Assembly: GCA_965203055.1 (NCBI GenBank)
Contig: OZ241863.1
Coordinates: 1,216,001-1,280,000 of the forward strand
Direction: 5' to 3'
Source of the DNA: Spirochaetia bacterium
GTDB lineage: Bacteria; Spirochaetota; Spirochaetia; SZUA-6; Bin103
DNA length: 64,000 nt
Shown here: in pieces, positions 1-7,856 of the stretch
Layout: each line of letters opens with the position of its first letter
How positions within the stretch are numbered: position 1 is the stretch's first letter
Translations under genes and position numbers: made by a program
Notes under the pieces: generated by a model
The model's database searches: none
What the model was told of the DNA's origin: nothing
What the model saw: the letters and a program-made list of their open reading frames with translations, nothing else

Positions 1-1377
1 GCTCAGCCGCTCCAGTGCCGGGCGCCACTCGCCCTGCAGCGCCATGCGCCGCGTCAGCCGGTCGAACGTCACCAGATCGAGCGAGAACACGCCCACGTCG
101 CGGTAGGCGTCGCGCAGGTAGCCGTACAGCAGCCGCCGCACCGTCTGGTTGGGGATGCCGAGCCGCGGCGTTTCGACCGTCGCGCCGCGGATGCTCAGCA
201 GGCCGAAGTAGTGGAGCAGCGACAGGAAGTTCTCCCGCTCGGCGAGGCGCTCCAGCGGGAAGCTGTCTACGATCTCGCAGTCGGCGCGCCCTTCGGCGAT
301 CACCTCGCGCAGCAGGTCGAAGTTGCCGTTGAGCCGGCGGCCGACGGTGAGCAGGTGGCGCAGCTTGCCGTAGTCGATGCGCACGTTGGCGTCGATCAGG
401 TTGTCGGGACCGGGCTTGTTGGGAAGTGAGTACGACAGGTAGTAGAGCACCATGTCGGTGTTGTAGACGACGTTGGGTGCGGTCTTGGCGAAGCGGTAGC
501 CGTCGTACCACTCGCGCATCGTGTCGAGCGCGGTCTCCGGGTCCTGGTCGAAGACGCCGAGGCCGCGGTAGGTCGAAAGCATGTGCTTCACTTCGGTTTC
601 GGTGAAGCCGAGCAGTTCGTTGAACTCGGGGCGCAGGCTGAGGTTGGCGCCGATGTTGAAGCCGCTGGTGACGTCGTCCATGGTGACCGGGGAGACGCCG
701 GTGACGAACAGGCGCTCGATGCAGCCGGACTCGGCGGTGCCGGCCTTGAGCATGGCGAAGAAGTTGCGGTAGAAGCCGCCGCCGCGGGTGAAGGAGTGGT
801 AGGCTTCGGCGCCCTGTTCGGCGAGGATGGTATTGGCGAAGTTGTCGTACTCGTCGATCAGCACGTAGAGCGGGATGCCGCGGTCGCTCGCATGCAGGAG
901 CAGTTCGTCGAGTTGGCCGCTGAACGACCGCTGCCCGAGGATGACGCGCGCCGTCTCCTCGTCGATCAGGTCGCGGTTGCGGCGTAGCGCGTGCCGCAGA
1001 TGACGGCTGCAGTACTCGTCGAAGTACTCCTCCAACGTGGGCAGCGCCTGCTTGAAGGCCGAGAAGTCGAAGTAGAGCACCACGTAGCGGCTCCGGTTGG
1101 CGGTCGGCCGGCGGCCGATGTCGGTGCCGGCGAAGACGGCGTCATAGTCCTTGGCCTGGGAGCGGTTGTAGTAGGCGTTGAGCATGGTCAGCCACAGAGT
1201 CTTGCCGAAGCGCCGCGGGCGGATGAAGAACGCATAGCGCTCCTGCTCCAGGGCGCGGATGAAGCGGGTCTTGTCTACGTAGAGGCAGCGGTCGAGGCGG
1301 ATGCTGCGGAAGTTGCCGCGCCCGTAGGGGATCGCCGGGAACGGCGCGGGATCAGCAGGCAGAACGGGCGCGGACAC
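1..1377 (-). CDS. AAA-ATPase-like protein (AAA-ATPase_like family, usually with C-terminal PD-(D/E)XK nuclease); runs off the left edge
   Basis: Not in the ORF track. Manual minus-strand translation from GTG 1377 gives PAIPYG..F..IR...YVDKT, Walker A RPRRFGKT, Walker B VLIDEYDN, FVTGVSP and WYDGY. No stop before position 1. Confidence 0.9.
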   Translation of the reverse strand, partial: MSAPVLPADPAPFPAIPYGRGNFRSIRLDRCLYVDKTRFIRALEQERYAFFIRPRRFGKTLWLTMLNAYYNRSQAKDYDAVFAGTDIGRRPTANRSRYVVLYFDFSAFKQALPTLEEYFDEYCSRHLRHALRRNRDLIDEETARVILGQRSFSGQLDELLLHASDRGIPLYVLIDEYDNFANTILAEQGAEAYHSFTRGGGFYRNFFAMLKAGTAESGCIERLFVTGVSPVTMDDVTSGFNIGANLSLRPEFNELLGFTETEVKHMLSTYRGLGVFDQDPETALDTMREWYDGYRFAKTAPNVVYNTDMVLYYLSYSLPNKPGPDNLIDANVRIDYGKLRHLLTVGRRLNGNFDLLREVIAEGRADCEIVDSFPLERLAERENFLSLLHYFGLLSIRGATVETPRLGIPNQTVRRLLYGYLRDAYRDVGVFSLDLVTFDRLTRRMALQGEWRPALERLS

Positions 1378-1384
1378 GCGCACA

Positions 1385-1393
1385 CTCTATCAC
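1385..1393 (-). promoter_or_regulatory. Putative extended -10 promoter (TG-A-TAGAGT), probably giving a leaderless AAA-ATPase transcript
   Basis: TGATAGAGT on the minus strand, 7 nt before GTG 1377, with no RBS. The same motif recurs at 3904-3912. Confidence 0.5.
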
Positions 1394-1463
1394 AGGCGCG
1401 CCTGTCCTCGGCCGGCAGCCCGGCGGCGCCGGCAATGTCAAAGGGGAGGGTGAGGGGCGATCG

Positions 1464-3668
1464 TCACTCTCCCGCTACCTGCACCCGAAGTCGCTTGCCG
1501 GACAGCGTCTGGCGCGCCCAAAACAGGTTTTGGCTCTGATCGTTGCCGCCGGTCGCCAGGGTTGCGGTGCCGGTCGCGGTGGTGCCGCCGGCCGGCGCCG
1601 CCGAAAAGGTCACGGTGGGCGCCGACGCGTAGCCGTCCCCCCGGTTCGTGACCCGCACCGACCGTACCCGGTAGTCCATGACCGCGCTGCCGGCGGCCGT
1701 GGTACCGCCGGACGGCGCGGCCGAAAAGGAGACGGTGGGCGCCGCCGTATAGCCGTCCCCGGCGCTCGTGACCGACGCCGATCCTACCGCGTAGCTCATG
1801 ACCGCGCTGCCGTCTGCCCCGGAGCCGCCGCCGCCCGAAAAGGTGACGGTGGGGGCGGAGGTATAGCCGCTCCCACCGTCCGTGATCGACACCTCTCCTA
1901 CCCCGTATGCCATGACCGCGGTGCCGGCGGCCGTGGTGCCGGACGCCGGCGCCGAAAAGGAGACGGTGGGGGCGGAGGTGTAGCCGCTCCCCGGGTTCGT
2001 GATCGTCACCAACGACCCTACCCCGTATGCCAACGCCGCGGTGCCGCCTGCCCCGGAGCCGCCGCCGCCGGAAAAGGCGACGGTAGGGGCCGACGTATAG
2101 CCGTTCCCTCCGTTCGTGACGTCGACTGTTTGAACTCTGGCTTCCAGCGATGCCGTGCCGGCTGCCCCGGAACCGCCGCCGCCGGAGAAGGAGACGGTGG
2201 GCGCCGACGTGTAGCCGCTCCCGCGGTTCGTGAAATCGACTCCTTGAATGTTGGTGTACAGCGTCGCAGTGACGGTTGCCCCGCTGCCGCCGCCGCCCGA
2301 AATGGTAACGCTGGGGGCCGACGTGTAGCCGCGTCCCCGGGTCCATATCAACACGCGGGAGAACGTGAGGTCGCCAAGCCTCTGACCCGCGCCGGTGGCC
2401 CTGGTGCCGCCGGACGGCGGCGCCGAAAACGTCACCGTCGGGGTCGACGTGTAGCCGCTCCCGGCGTTCGTGACCGTCGTCTCAGCGACGGCGTCGGGCC
2501 CCCACGCGGTGCCGGTGGCCGTGGTGCCGCCGGACGGCGCTGCCGAGAAGGTCACGCTGGGGACCGAGGTGTAGCTGCTGCCGTTGTTCGTCATCGACAC
2601 CGCAGCGACGCTCCCGGGGCCCTGCGCGGTGGCGGTTGCCCCGCTGCCGCCGCCGCCCGAAAAGGACACGGTGGGGGGAGACGAGTAGCCGCTGCCGAAG
2701 GTGTGGACCGACACCGAATCGACGCGCCCGTCTCTCGTCGCGGTGGCGGCAGCCGTGGTGCCGCCGGACGGCGCCGCCGAGAAGGTCACGGTGGGAGCCG
2801 AGGAGTAGCCGCTGCCGGGGGTGGTGACCGATACCGAAGCGACGCTCCCGCTGCGCACCGAGGTGGCGGTAGCCGTGGTGCCGCCGGCCGGAGCTGCCGA
2901 GAAGGCCACGCTGGGGGCCGAGGAGTAGCCGCTGCCGGGGGTGGTGACGTCCACCGAAGCGACGCTCCCGCTGGCGTCTGCGGTGGCGGCAGCCGTGGTG
3001 CCGCCGGCCGGCGCCGCCGAAAAGGTCACGGTCGGGATCGAGGAGTAGCCGCTGCCGGGGGTCGAAACCGACACGGAATCGACGCGCCCGCTTGCCACGG
3101 CGTCGCCGGTGGCCGTGGTACCGCCGGCCGGCGCTGCCGAGAATGAGATGGTAGGGGGCGAGGTGTAGCCGCTGCCCGGGTTCGTAATCCTGACCGACTC
3201 GACGAAGTCGGTGTCTCCCGACTGATCCGGGGCGGTGAGCACGAGCACGATCGAGCCCGCGCTCACTTCGGCGGCAACCGTCCATTCCGCGCCGCTGATG
3301 TCGTCCTCGAAGACCGGCGCGGTCGCCTTGCTCGTGAACGGCAGCCCGTGGCCGCCGATCGACACGGTCACCTTCTCGCCCTCGGCGCCGGTGATCCCGT
3401 CCCAGCCAAACGGCGCGGAGCGGATCGTCGTGGCGCCCAGGTTCGCCTCGTCATCGAAGGCATCCTCCCCGATGGACCAAGTCTGCTCGGCCTGCTGCGG
3501 CGCCGGCGCGGTCGGTGTCCCGTCGCCGCCGGTCCCTCCGTTCCCTGCGCCCGCACCGCCCGCGCCGGTCGTTGCCGCCGGCCGGGCCGCCTGCTCGCAC
3601 GCCAGCAGGACGATGCCGGCGGCCATCAACAGCGATAGCATGAATGCCGTGCTCGACTTACCCATCAT
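1464..3668 (-). CDS. Repeat-rich surface lipoprotein, paralog 1 (14 x GSGY(T/S)SAPTVTF repeats)
   Basis: Signal peptide with lipobox LLAC, Gly-rich linker, 14 repeats of ~35 aa, and conserved C-terminus NLFWARQTL. GGAGG RBS at 3681-3685; alternative ATGs at 3677 and 3665. Confidence 0.85.
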   Translation of the reverse strand: MMGKSSTAFMLSLLMAAGIVLLACEQAARPAATTGAGGAGAGNGGTGGDGTPTAPAPQQAEQTWSIGEDAFDDEANLGATTIRSAPFGWDGITGAEGEKVTVSIGGHGLPFTSKATAPVFEDDISGAEWTVAAEVSAGSIVLVLTAPDQSGDTDFVESVRITNPGSGYTSPPTISFSAAPAGGTTATGDAVASGRVDSVSVSTPGSGYSSIPTVTFSAAPAGGTTAAATADASGSVASVDVTTPGSGYSSAPSVAFSAAPAGGTTATATSVRSGSVASVSVTTPGSGYSSAPTVTFSAAPSGGTTAAATATRDGRVDSVSVHTFGSGYSSPPTVSFSGGGGSGATATAQGPGSVAAVSMTNNGSSYTSVPSVTFSAAPSGGTTATGTAWGPDAVAETTVTNAGSGYTSTPTVTFSAPPSGGTRATGAGQRLGDLTFSRVLIWTRGRGYTSAPSVTISGGGGSGATVTATLYTNIQGVDFTNRGSGYTSAPTVSFSGGGGSGAAGTASLEARVQTVDVTNGGNGYTSAPTVAFSGGGGSGAGGTAALAYGVGSLVTITNPGSGYTSAPTVSFSAPASGTTAAGTAVMAYGVGEVSITDGGSGYTSAPTVTFSGGGGSGADGSAVMSYAVGSASVTSAGDGYTAAPTVSFSAAPSGGTTAAGSAVMDYRVRSVRVTNRGDGYASAPTVTFSAAPAGGTTATGTATLATGGNDQSQNLFWARQTLSGKRLRVQVAGE

Positions 3669-3811
3669 GATCTTCATCTTCCTCCGGTGGCCGTGTCCGT
3701 CCGCCATTACGCGCGTCGGCTGGGTCGGCTTGCCGCAGCGATTGTCCATGCGCCTATGGCGCGCGCTCCTCTTGCGGACCATTCGCCCAATCTCTGCCGG
3801 TCGGAGCTGGC

Positions 3812-3923
3812 CGGTCGCACTCGTCGCTCAGGACGTAGACTTGGATGCCGCCGTTTGCCGGGGGGGGGGGGGGGGGGATCGTAGCGGCGCAGACACTCCA
3901 ACCACTCTATCACACGCGCCTGC
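3812..3923 (-). pseudogene. Internally deleted remnant of an AAA-ATPase-like paralog (promoter, start and decayed Walker B)
   Basis: caggcgcg-tgtgatagagtg..gtgtctgcgcc matches the promoter/start region of the 1..1377 gene. GIQVYVLSDECD resembles that gene's GIPLYVLIDEYD. Confidence 0.6.
3860..3877. repeat. Poly-G(18) homopolymer (poly-C on the coding strand) upstream of lipoprotein paralog 1
   Basis: 18 consecutive G counted. Confidence 0.9.
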
Positions 3924-3976
3924 GGAGCGTCCAACGCCCACCACTCCGGGGGCGCACTTCCAAAACGTAGGTAGCG

Positions 3977-5380
3977 TCAGGCGGCCTGTGGCTGGGCCTC
4001 CTGCGGCACCGAGGCGGACAGCAGGCTCGCGTAGTCCCTTTTGAACCGCCCGCTCTTCACCGAGGTGCAGAGCTGCAGCATCCCCTGCGCCCCTCCCAAC
4101 GACCAGATCATCCCGCTCCCCTTCAGCCGCGCCCCCACCATGTTCTTGCACGTACTCTCCACCGCCCCACTGCCGATCGGCAGCCCCTCCCGCCGGTACC
4201 GCCGGTAGTCCATCCGTCCCTGGTTGCTCTTCAAGTAGTTGATCTCCCCCTGCACCTCGTGCCGCTGCCGGGCACTCAACCCCCCGCCGTCGCGCAACTC
4301 CTCCAGCTCCTCTATCACTTCCCCCGCCCGACTGCCGCGCAGCATCGTCCGCCACCTCCGAAAGCATTCCTCTGCCTGCTTGCTCCTCTCCCCGTAGACG
4401 CTCCGACTCGCCTCCGCGAGATGCTCGCAGGCGTGCCAGAAATCCAGGATGTACCACACCCGCAGCCCCCCTGCCGCCCAGGTCTCCGCCCGATCCCAAA
4501 TCCATCCCGCCCCGTCGGCCAGCACTACCAGTTGCCGCGCCGCCCCCTCGCCGCAGCGCCGTTTCAGCTCCACTTCGATGCGCGGGAAGAACTGGTCGGC
4601 ATGCTCGCTCGCCGCCACGTAGCTCGGCTTGCTGCTGCACTGCGCCTCCTGCTCCTCAGCGTCCCACTCCACCGCCGCCACCACCGCCACCTTGGCGTCC
4701 CGGTACTCCCGCTCGTAGCGCTTCTTCCCGGCATCATCTACCCGCTCCTTGCCGCGCACCGGCACCTTCCCCGCGTCGATGCATACCGCCACCGTCCCGC
4801 CAATCGGCTCGTGCAGCTCCGGCCCCGCCGCAGTCTGCTGGTAGTTGTCCACCTCCTGCTGGCGCTGCCGTTCCAACCCCTCCGTTACCTCCTGCACCAT
4901 CGTGAACGCCTTCTTCTCCGACACCAGCTCCCCGCCGTCGGCGCGGAACACCTCGTGAAACTGCCGCAGACTCTCTGCGTGCGCCTGGCGCGCTACGAAC
5001 TGACTCAGAAAGTACTGGCAGCCCGGCGTATGGCCGCGCTTGATGCCGAGCCGCTCATCCAACGGCGCCCAGCCCTGGCCGCTACCGCTGGCGTAGTAGG
5101 CCCGTTCGTAGGGTACCGTCCCGAACAGTCCGTGCAGGGTCTTGGAGCGGTGGCCGACAAACCGATACGACACCCCGTTGCGCTGGACCGTGGCGCCGCG
5201 GTAATCGCGGCCCAGTTCCTTGAACCACTCCACCATGGCGGCGCGGCACAGGCGCACCAAGCACTTGAGGAGACTCAGTTCTGCCCGCAACAGGTCGTGG
5301 GGACCGCTAGCGCGGCCCAGTTCGAGACCACAGGTGGCCTTGCAGTAGTTGAGAATCTCGGTTACCAATGAATCACACAT
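3977..5380 (-). CDS. ISKra4/ISLre2-family transposase
   Basis: Motifs CIDAG, LADGAGWIW, LDFWHACEHL, PIGSGAVES and RLKGSGMIW. Confidence 0.9.
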   Translation of the reverse strand: MCDSLVTEILNYCKATCGLELGRASGPHDLLRAELSLLKCLVRLCRAAMVEWFKELGRDYRGATVQRNGVSYRFVGHRSKTLHGLFGTVPYERAYYASGSGQGWAPLDERLGIKRGHTPGCQYFLSQFVARQAHAESLRQFHEVFRADGGELVSEKKAFTMVQEVTEGLERQRQQEVDNYQQTAAGPELHEPIGGTVAVCIDAGKVPVRGKERVDDAGKKRYEREYRDAKVAVVAAVEWDAEEQEAQCSSKPSYVAASEHADQFFPRIEVELKRRCGEGAARQLVVLADGAGWIWDRAETWAAGGLRVWYILDFWHACEHLAEASRSVYGERSKQAEECFRRWRTMLRGSRAGEVIEELEELRDGGGLSARQRHEVQGEINYLKSNQGRMDYRRYRREGLPIGSGAVESTCKNMVGARLKGSGMIWSLGGAQGMLQLCTSVKSGRFKRDYASLLSASVPQEAQPQAA

Positions 5381-5385
5381 ATGTT

Positions 5386-5433
5386 GCCCTCCCAGTGACG
5401 GCCTGATGTTACATCACCTGTCGCTGGGAGGGC
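5386..5433 (-). promoter_or_regulatory. Stem-loop covering the transposase RBS, with a -10-like TAACAT in the loop region
   Basis: GCCCTCCCAGTGACGG pairs imperfectly with CTGTCGCTGGGAGGGC. Inner TGATGT/ACATCA palindrome. Confidence 0.55.
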
Positions 5434-5489
5434 TTCTCTATTTGGGCCTACCTACAAATTGGAAGTGCGCCCCCACTCCGGGGCGCACT

Positions 5490-5620
5490 TCCGGCTGCGC
5501 CGGCGCCTGAGCCGATACCCTTCGCCGCGGAAGGAGCGGCGCTGTCCGCGCTCGCCGAGCCGGGCCGCCTGCGTCTTCGGCGCCGAAGTTTGCTCGGCGC
5601 CTTTGGCCGGCGCGGCTGCG
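5490..5620 (-). repeat. Fragment of the HNH-nuclease element (homologous to ~37245-37400)
   Basis: Shared gccgcgccggccaaaggcgccgagcaaacttcggcgccgaagacg and gtatcggctcaggcg. Confidence 0.8.
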
Positions 5621-5740
5621 GAACCGGATGCAGCGGGGCATCGAGCGGCGGGCAGCGGCGGGCAGCGGCGGGCAGCGGGCAGCCGCTCCCGGTGGCGCCG
5701 GGCGCGCACCGTGGGGTAGGGTAGCGGCGGGGAGGATGCG

Positions 5741-6721
5741 ATGCGCGGACGGAATGAGATGCGGATCGGGCTCGGCCAGTTCAGCGAGCTCACCGATGAG
5801 AAGCTGGCCTTCATCAAGCAGCTTGGCGCCGATGACTTTCTGATGAACACGCCCAGGCTGCCGGGTGAGCGGCGCTGGGAGTATGAGGACCTGCTGGCGC
5901 TCCGGCAGCGCGCCGATGCCGCGGAACTGCGCCTGATGTGTCTGGAAAACGTGCCGGTGAGCTTCTACGACAAGGCGATGCTCGGCCTGCCCGGGCGCGA
6001 TGAACAGATCGAACACATGCAGGCCACCATCCGCAACATGGGCCGGGCCGGCATCCCCATCCTCGGCTATCACTGGATGCCGAACCAGGTGTGGCGCTCA
6101 GCGGACTTGGCGCCGTTGCGCGGCGGCGCTCAGGCCACCCGTTTCGACCTGGCCGAGCATGCCGGCGCCCCGCTGACGCATGGCCGCGTGTTCGGCGAAG
6201 CGGAGATGTGGGACAACTACGAGTACTATCTGAGCCGCATCCTGCCGGTGGCGGAGGAGGCCGGCGTTACGCTGGCGCTTCATCCCGATGACCCGCCGGT
6301 AGCGTCGCTCGGCGGCGTGGCGCGCATCTTCCGCAACTTCGCCGGCTTCAAGCGCGCCATCGACACCTTCGACAGCCCCTGCCACGGCCTCGACTTCTGC
6401 ATGGGCTGCTGGTCGGAGATGGGACCGGCCGGGGTGCTCGACGCGGTGCGTCACTTCGGCGGCCGCGGGCGCATCGTGTACGTCCACTTCCGCGACGTGC
6501 AGGGCGCGGTGCCGCGCTTCAATGAGTGCTTCATCGATCAGGGCAACGTCGACACCTTCGCCGTGGTGCGGGCGCTGCGCGAGGTCGGCTTCGGCGGCTT
6601 CCTGATCACCGATCACGTGCCGCGCATGGTCGACGACACCGACTGGGGACACCGCGGGCGCGCCTACGCCATCGGCTACATCCGCGCGCTGATCGACGTC
6701 GCCCGCCGCGCCGCCGCGTAA
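5741..6721 (+). CDS. Mannonate dehydratase (UxuA-like) family protein
   Basis: IRNMGRAGIPILGYHWM, LALHPDDPP, HFRDV, ITDHVP and YAIGYIRAL. RBS GGAGGA upstream. Confidence 0.85.
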   Translation: MRGRNEMRIGLGQFSELTDEKLAFIKQLGADDFLMNTPRLPGERRWEYEDLLALRQRADAAELRLMCLENVPVSFYDKAMLGLPGRDEQIEHMQATIRNMGRAGIPILGYHWMPNQVWRSADLAPLRGGAQATRFDLAEHAGAPLTHGRVFGEAEMWDNYEYYLSRILPVAEEAGVTLALHPDDPPVASLGGVARIFRNFAGFKRAIDTFDSPCHGLDFCMGCWSEMGPAGVLDAVRHFGGRGRIVYVHFRDVQGAVPRFNECFIDQGNVDTFAVVRALREVGFGGFLITDHVPRMVDDTDWGHRGRAYAIGYIRALIDVARRAAA

Positions 6722-6741
6722 GGGCAGGGCTGCCGGCGCGG

Positions 6742-7818
6742 CTACTCCATGATGAGGACGCTGCGCGCCACCTCGCCCCGGGCGATTGCCTCGAACGAGT
6801 CGTTGACCTGGTCGAGCGGCAGCCGCCGGCTGACCAGTTCGTCGAGCATCAGCTTGCCGGCGCGGTAGAGCGACAGGATGCGCAGAAAGTCGACATGCGC
6901 CCGGGCGCTGCCGTAGAAGGAGCCGATTACCGTGCGCTCGAAGAACAGATCGCGCGCGTCGAGCTGCACCGGCGTGTTCAACGGGGCATGGCCCACCCAT
7001 ACGGTCATCCCGCGCCGCCGGGTGCAGCGCACGCTCTGCAGGAACGGGTCGGAGGCGACGCCGATCGCTTCGAAGGCGTAGTGCACGCCGGCGCCGCCGG
7101 TCAGCTTGAGAATCGCCTCCACCGGGTCGTCGCACGACGCGTTGACGGTGTGGGTAGCGCCGAAGCGGCGGCCCAATTCCAGCTTGTTGTCCCGCAGGTC
7201 GACGGCGATGATCGCGGCGGCGCCGGCCACGCGGGCGCCCTGGATGCAGTTCAGCCCCACGCCGCCGCAGCCGAACACGGCGACCGTGCTGCCGGCGCGC
7301 ACGCGCGCCGTATTGACCGCGGCGCCAAAGCCGGTCATCACGCCGCAGCCGATCAGCGCCGCCTGGGCGAACGGAATCTCCTTGGGCATCACCACCGCGG
7401 CCACTTCCGGCACGATGGTGTGGGTGGCAAAGGTGCCGGTGTCGGTGAAGCGGTGCAGCGGCTGGCCGCCAACGCTGCCGCGCTGGCCGGTCGACGGCGG
7501 CGCGGCGCACAGGTTGGGGTGGCCGTACTGGCACATCTCGCAGACGCCGCAATTGGCGCGCCACGCCAGGATGACGTGGTCGCCGGGCTTGACCGAGGTG
7601 ACGTTGGCGCCGACCTCCTCCACCACGCCGGCGCCTTCGTGGCCGAGCACCAGGGGCAGCGGATAGTCGCCCCAGTCGCCCTTGAGCGCGTGCCAGTCGG
7701 AATGACACACGCCGCTCGCCTTGATGCCGACCAGCACCTCGCCGGCGCGCGGCGCGCCAAGATCGATCTCTTCGATGGTCAGGTCACGGTTGAACCCGTG
7801 CATGATGGCTGCTTTCAT
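6742..7818 (-). CDS. Zn-dependent alcohol dehydrogenase (class III-like MDR)
   Basis: GVCHSD, GHEGAG, structural Zn CxxCxxCx7C and GCGGVG. Real start MKAAIMH with RBS GGAGGAG. Confidence 0.9.
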   Translation of the reverse strand: MKAAIMHGFNRDLTIEEIDLGAPRAGEVLVGIKASGVCHSDWHALKGDWGDYPLPLVLGHEGAGVVEEVGANVTSVKPGDHVILAWRANCGVCEMCQYGHPNLCAAPPSTGQRGSVGGQPLHRFTDTGTFATHTIVPEVAAVVMPKEIPFAQAALIGCGVMTGFGAAVNTARVRAGSTVAVFGCGGVGLNCIQGARVAGAAAIIAVDLRDNKLELGRRFGATHTVNASCDDPVEAILKLTGGAGVHYAFEAIGVASDPFLQSVRCTRRRGMTVWVGHAPLNTPVQLDARDLFFERTVIGSFYGSARAHVDFLRILSLYRAGKLMLDELVSRRLPLDQVNDSFEAIARGEVARSVLIME

Positions 7819-7856
7819 CGCTCCTCCCGCGCCGCAGCATGGCACATATGGGCGAT

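Larger units (their letters stand above)
3950..5472 (-). mobile_element. Insertion sequence, ISKra4/ISLre2-like (Mutator-type DDE), apparently intact
   Basis: Terminal IRs GGGCGCACTTCCAAAACGTAGGTAG and GGGCGCACTTCCAATTTGTAGGTAG. 9-bp direct repeat CCACTCCGG at 3941-3949 and 5473-5481. Single transposase. Confidence 0.88.

Noticed and set aside
1464..3668. Diversity-generating retroelement acting on the lipoproteins
   Set aside because: No reverse transcriptase and no TR/VR pair with adenine-specific differences was seen. The tip variation includes indels.
5645..5682. GCGGCGGGCA tandem repeat (about 3 copies); also a 9-bp x3 repeat at 38474-38500 in coxG
   Set aside because: Short low-complexity slippage repeats with no evident function.
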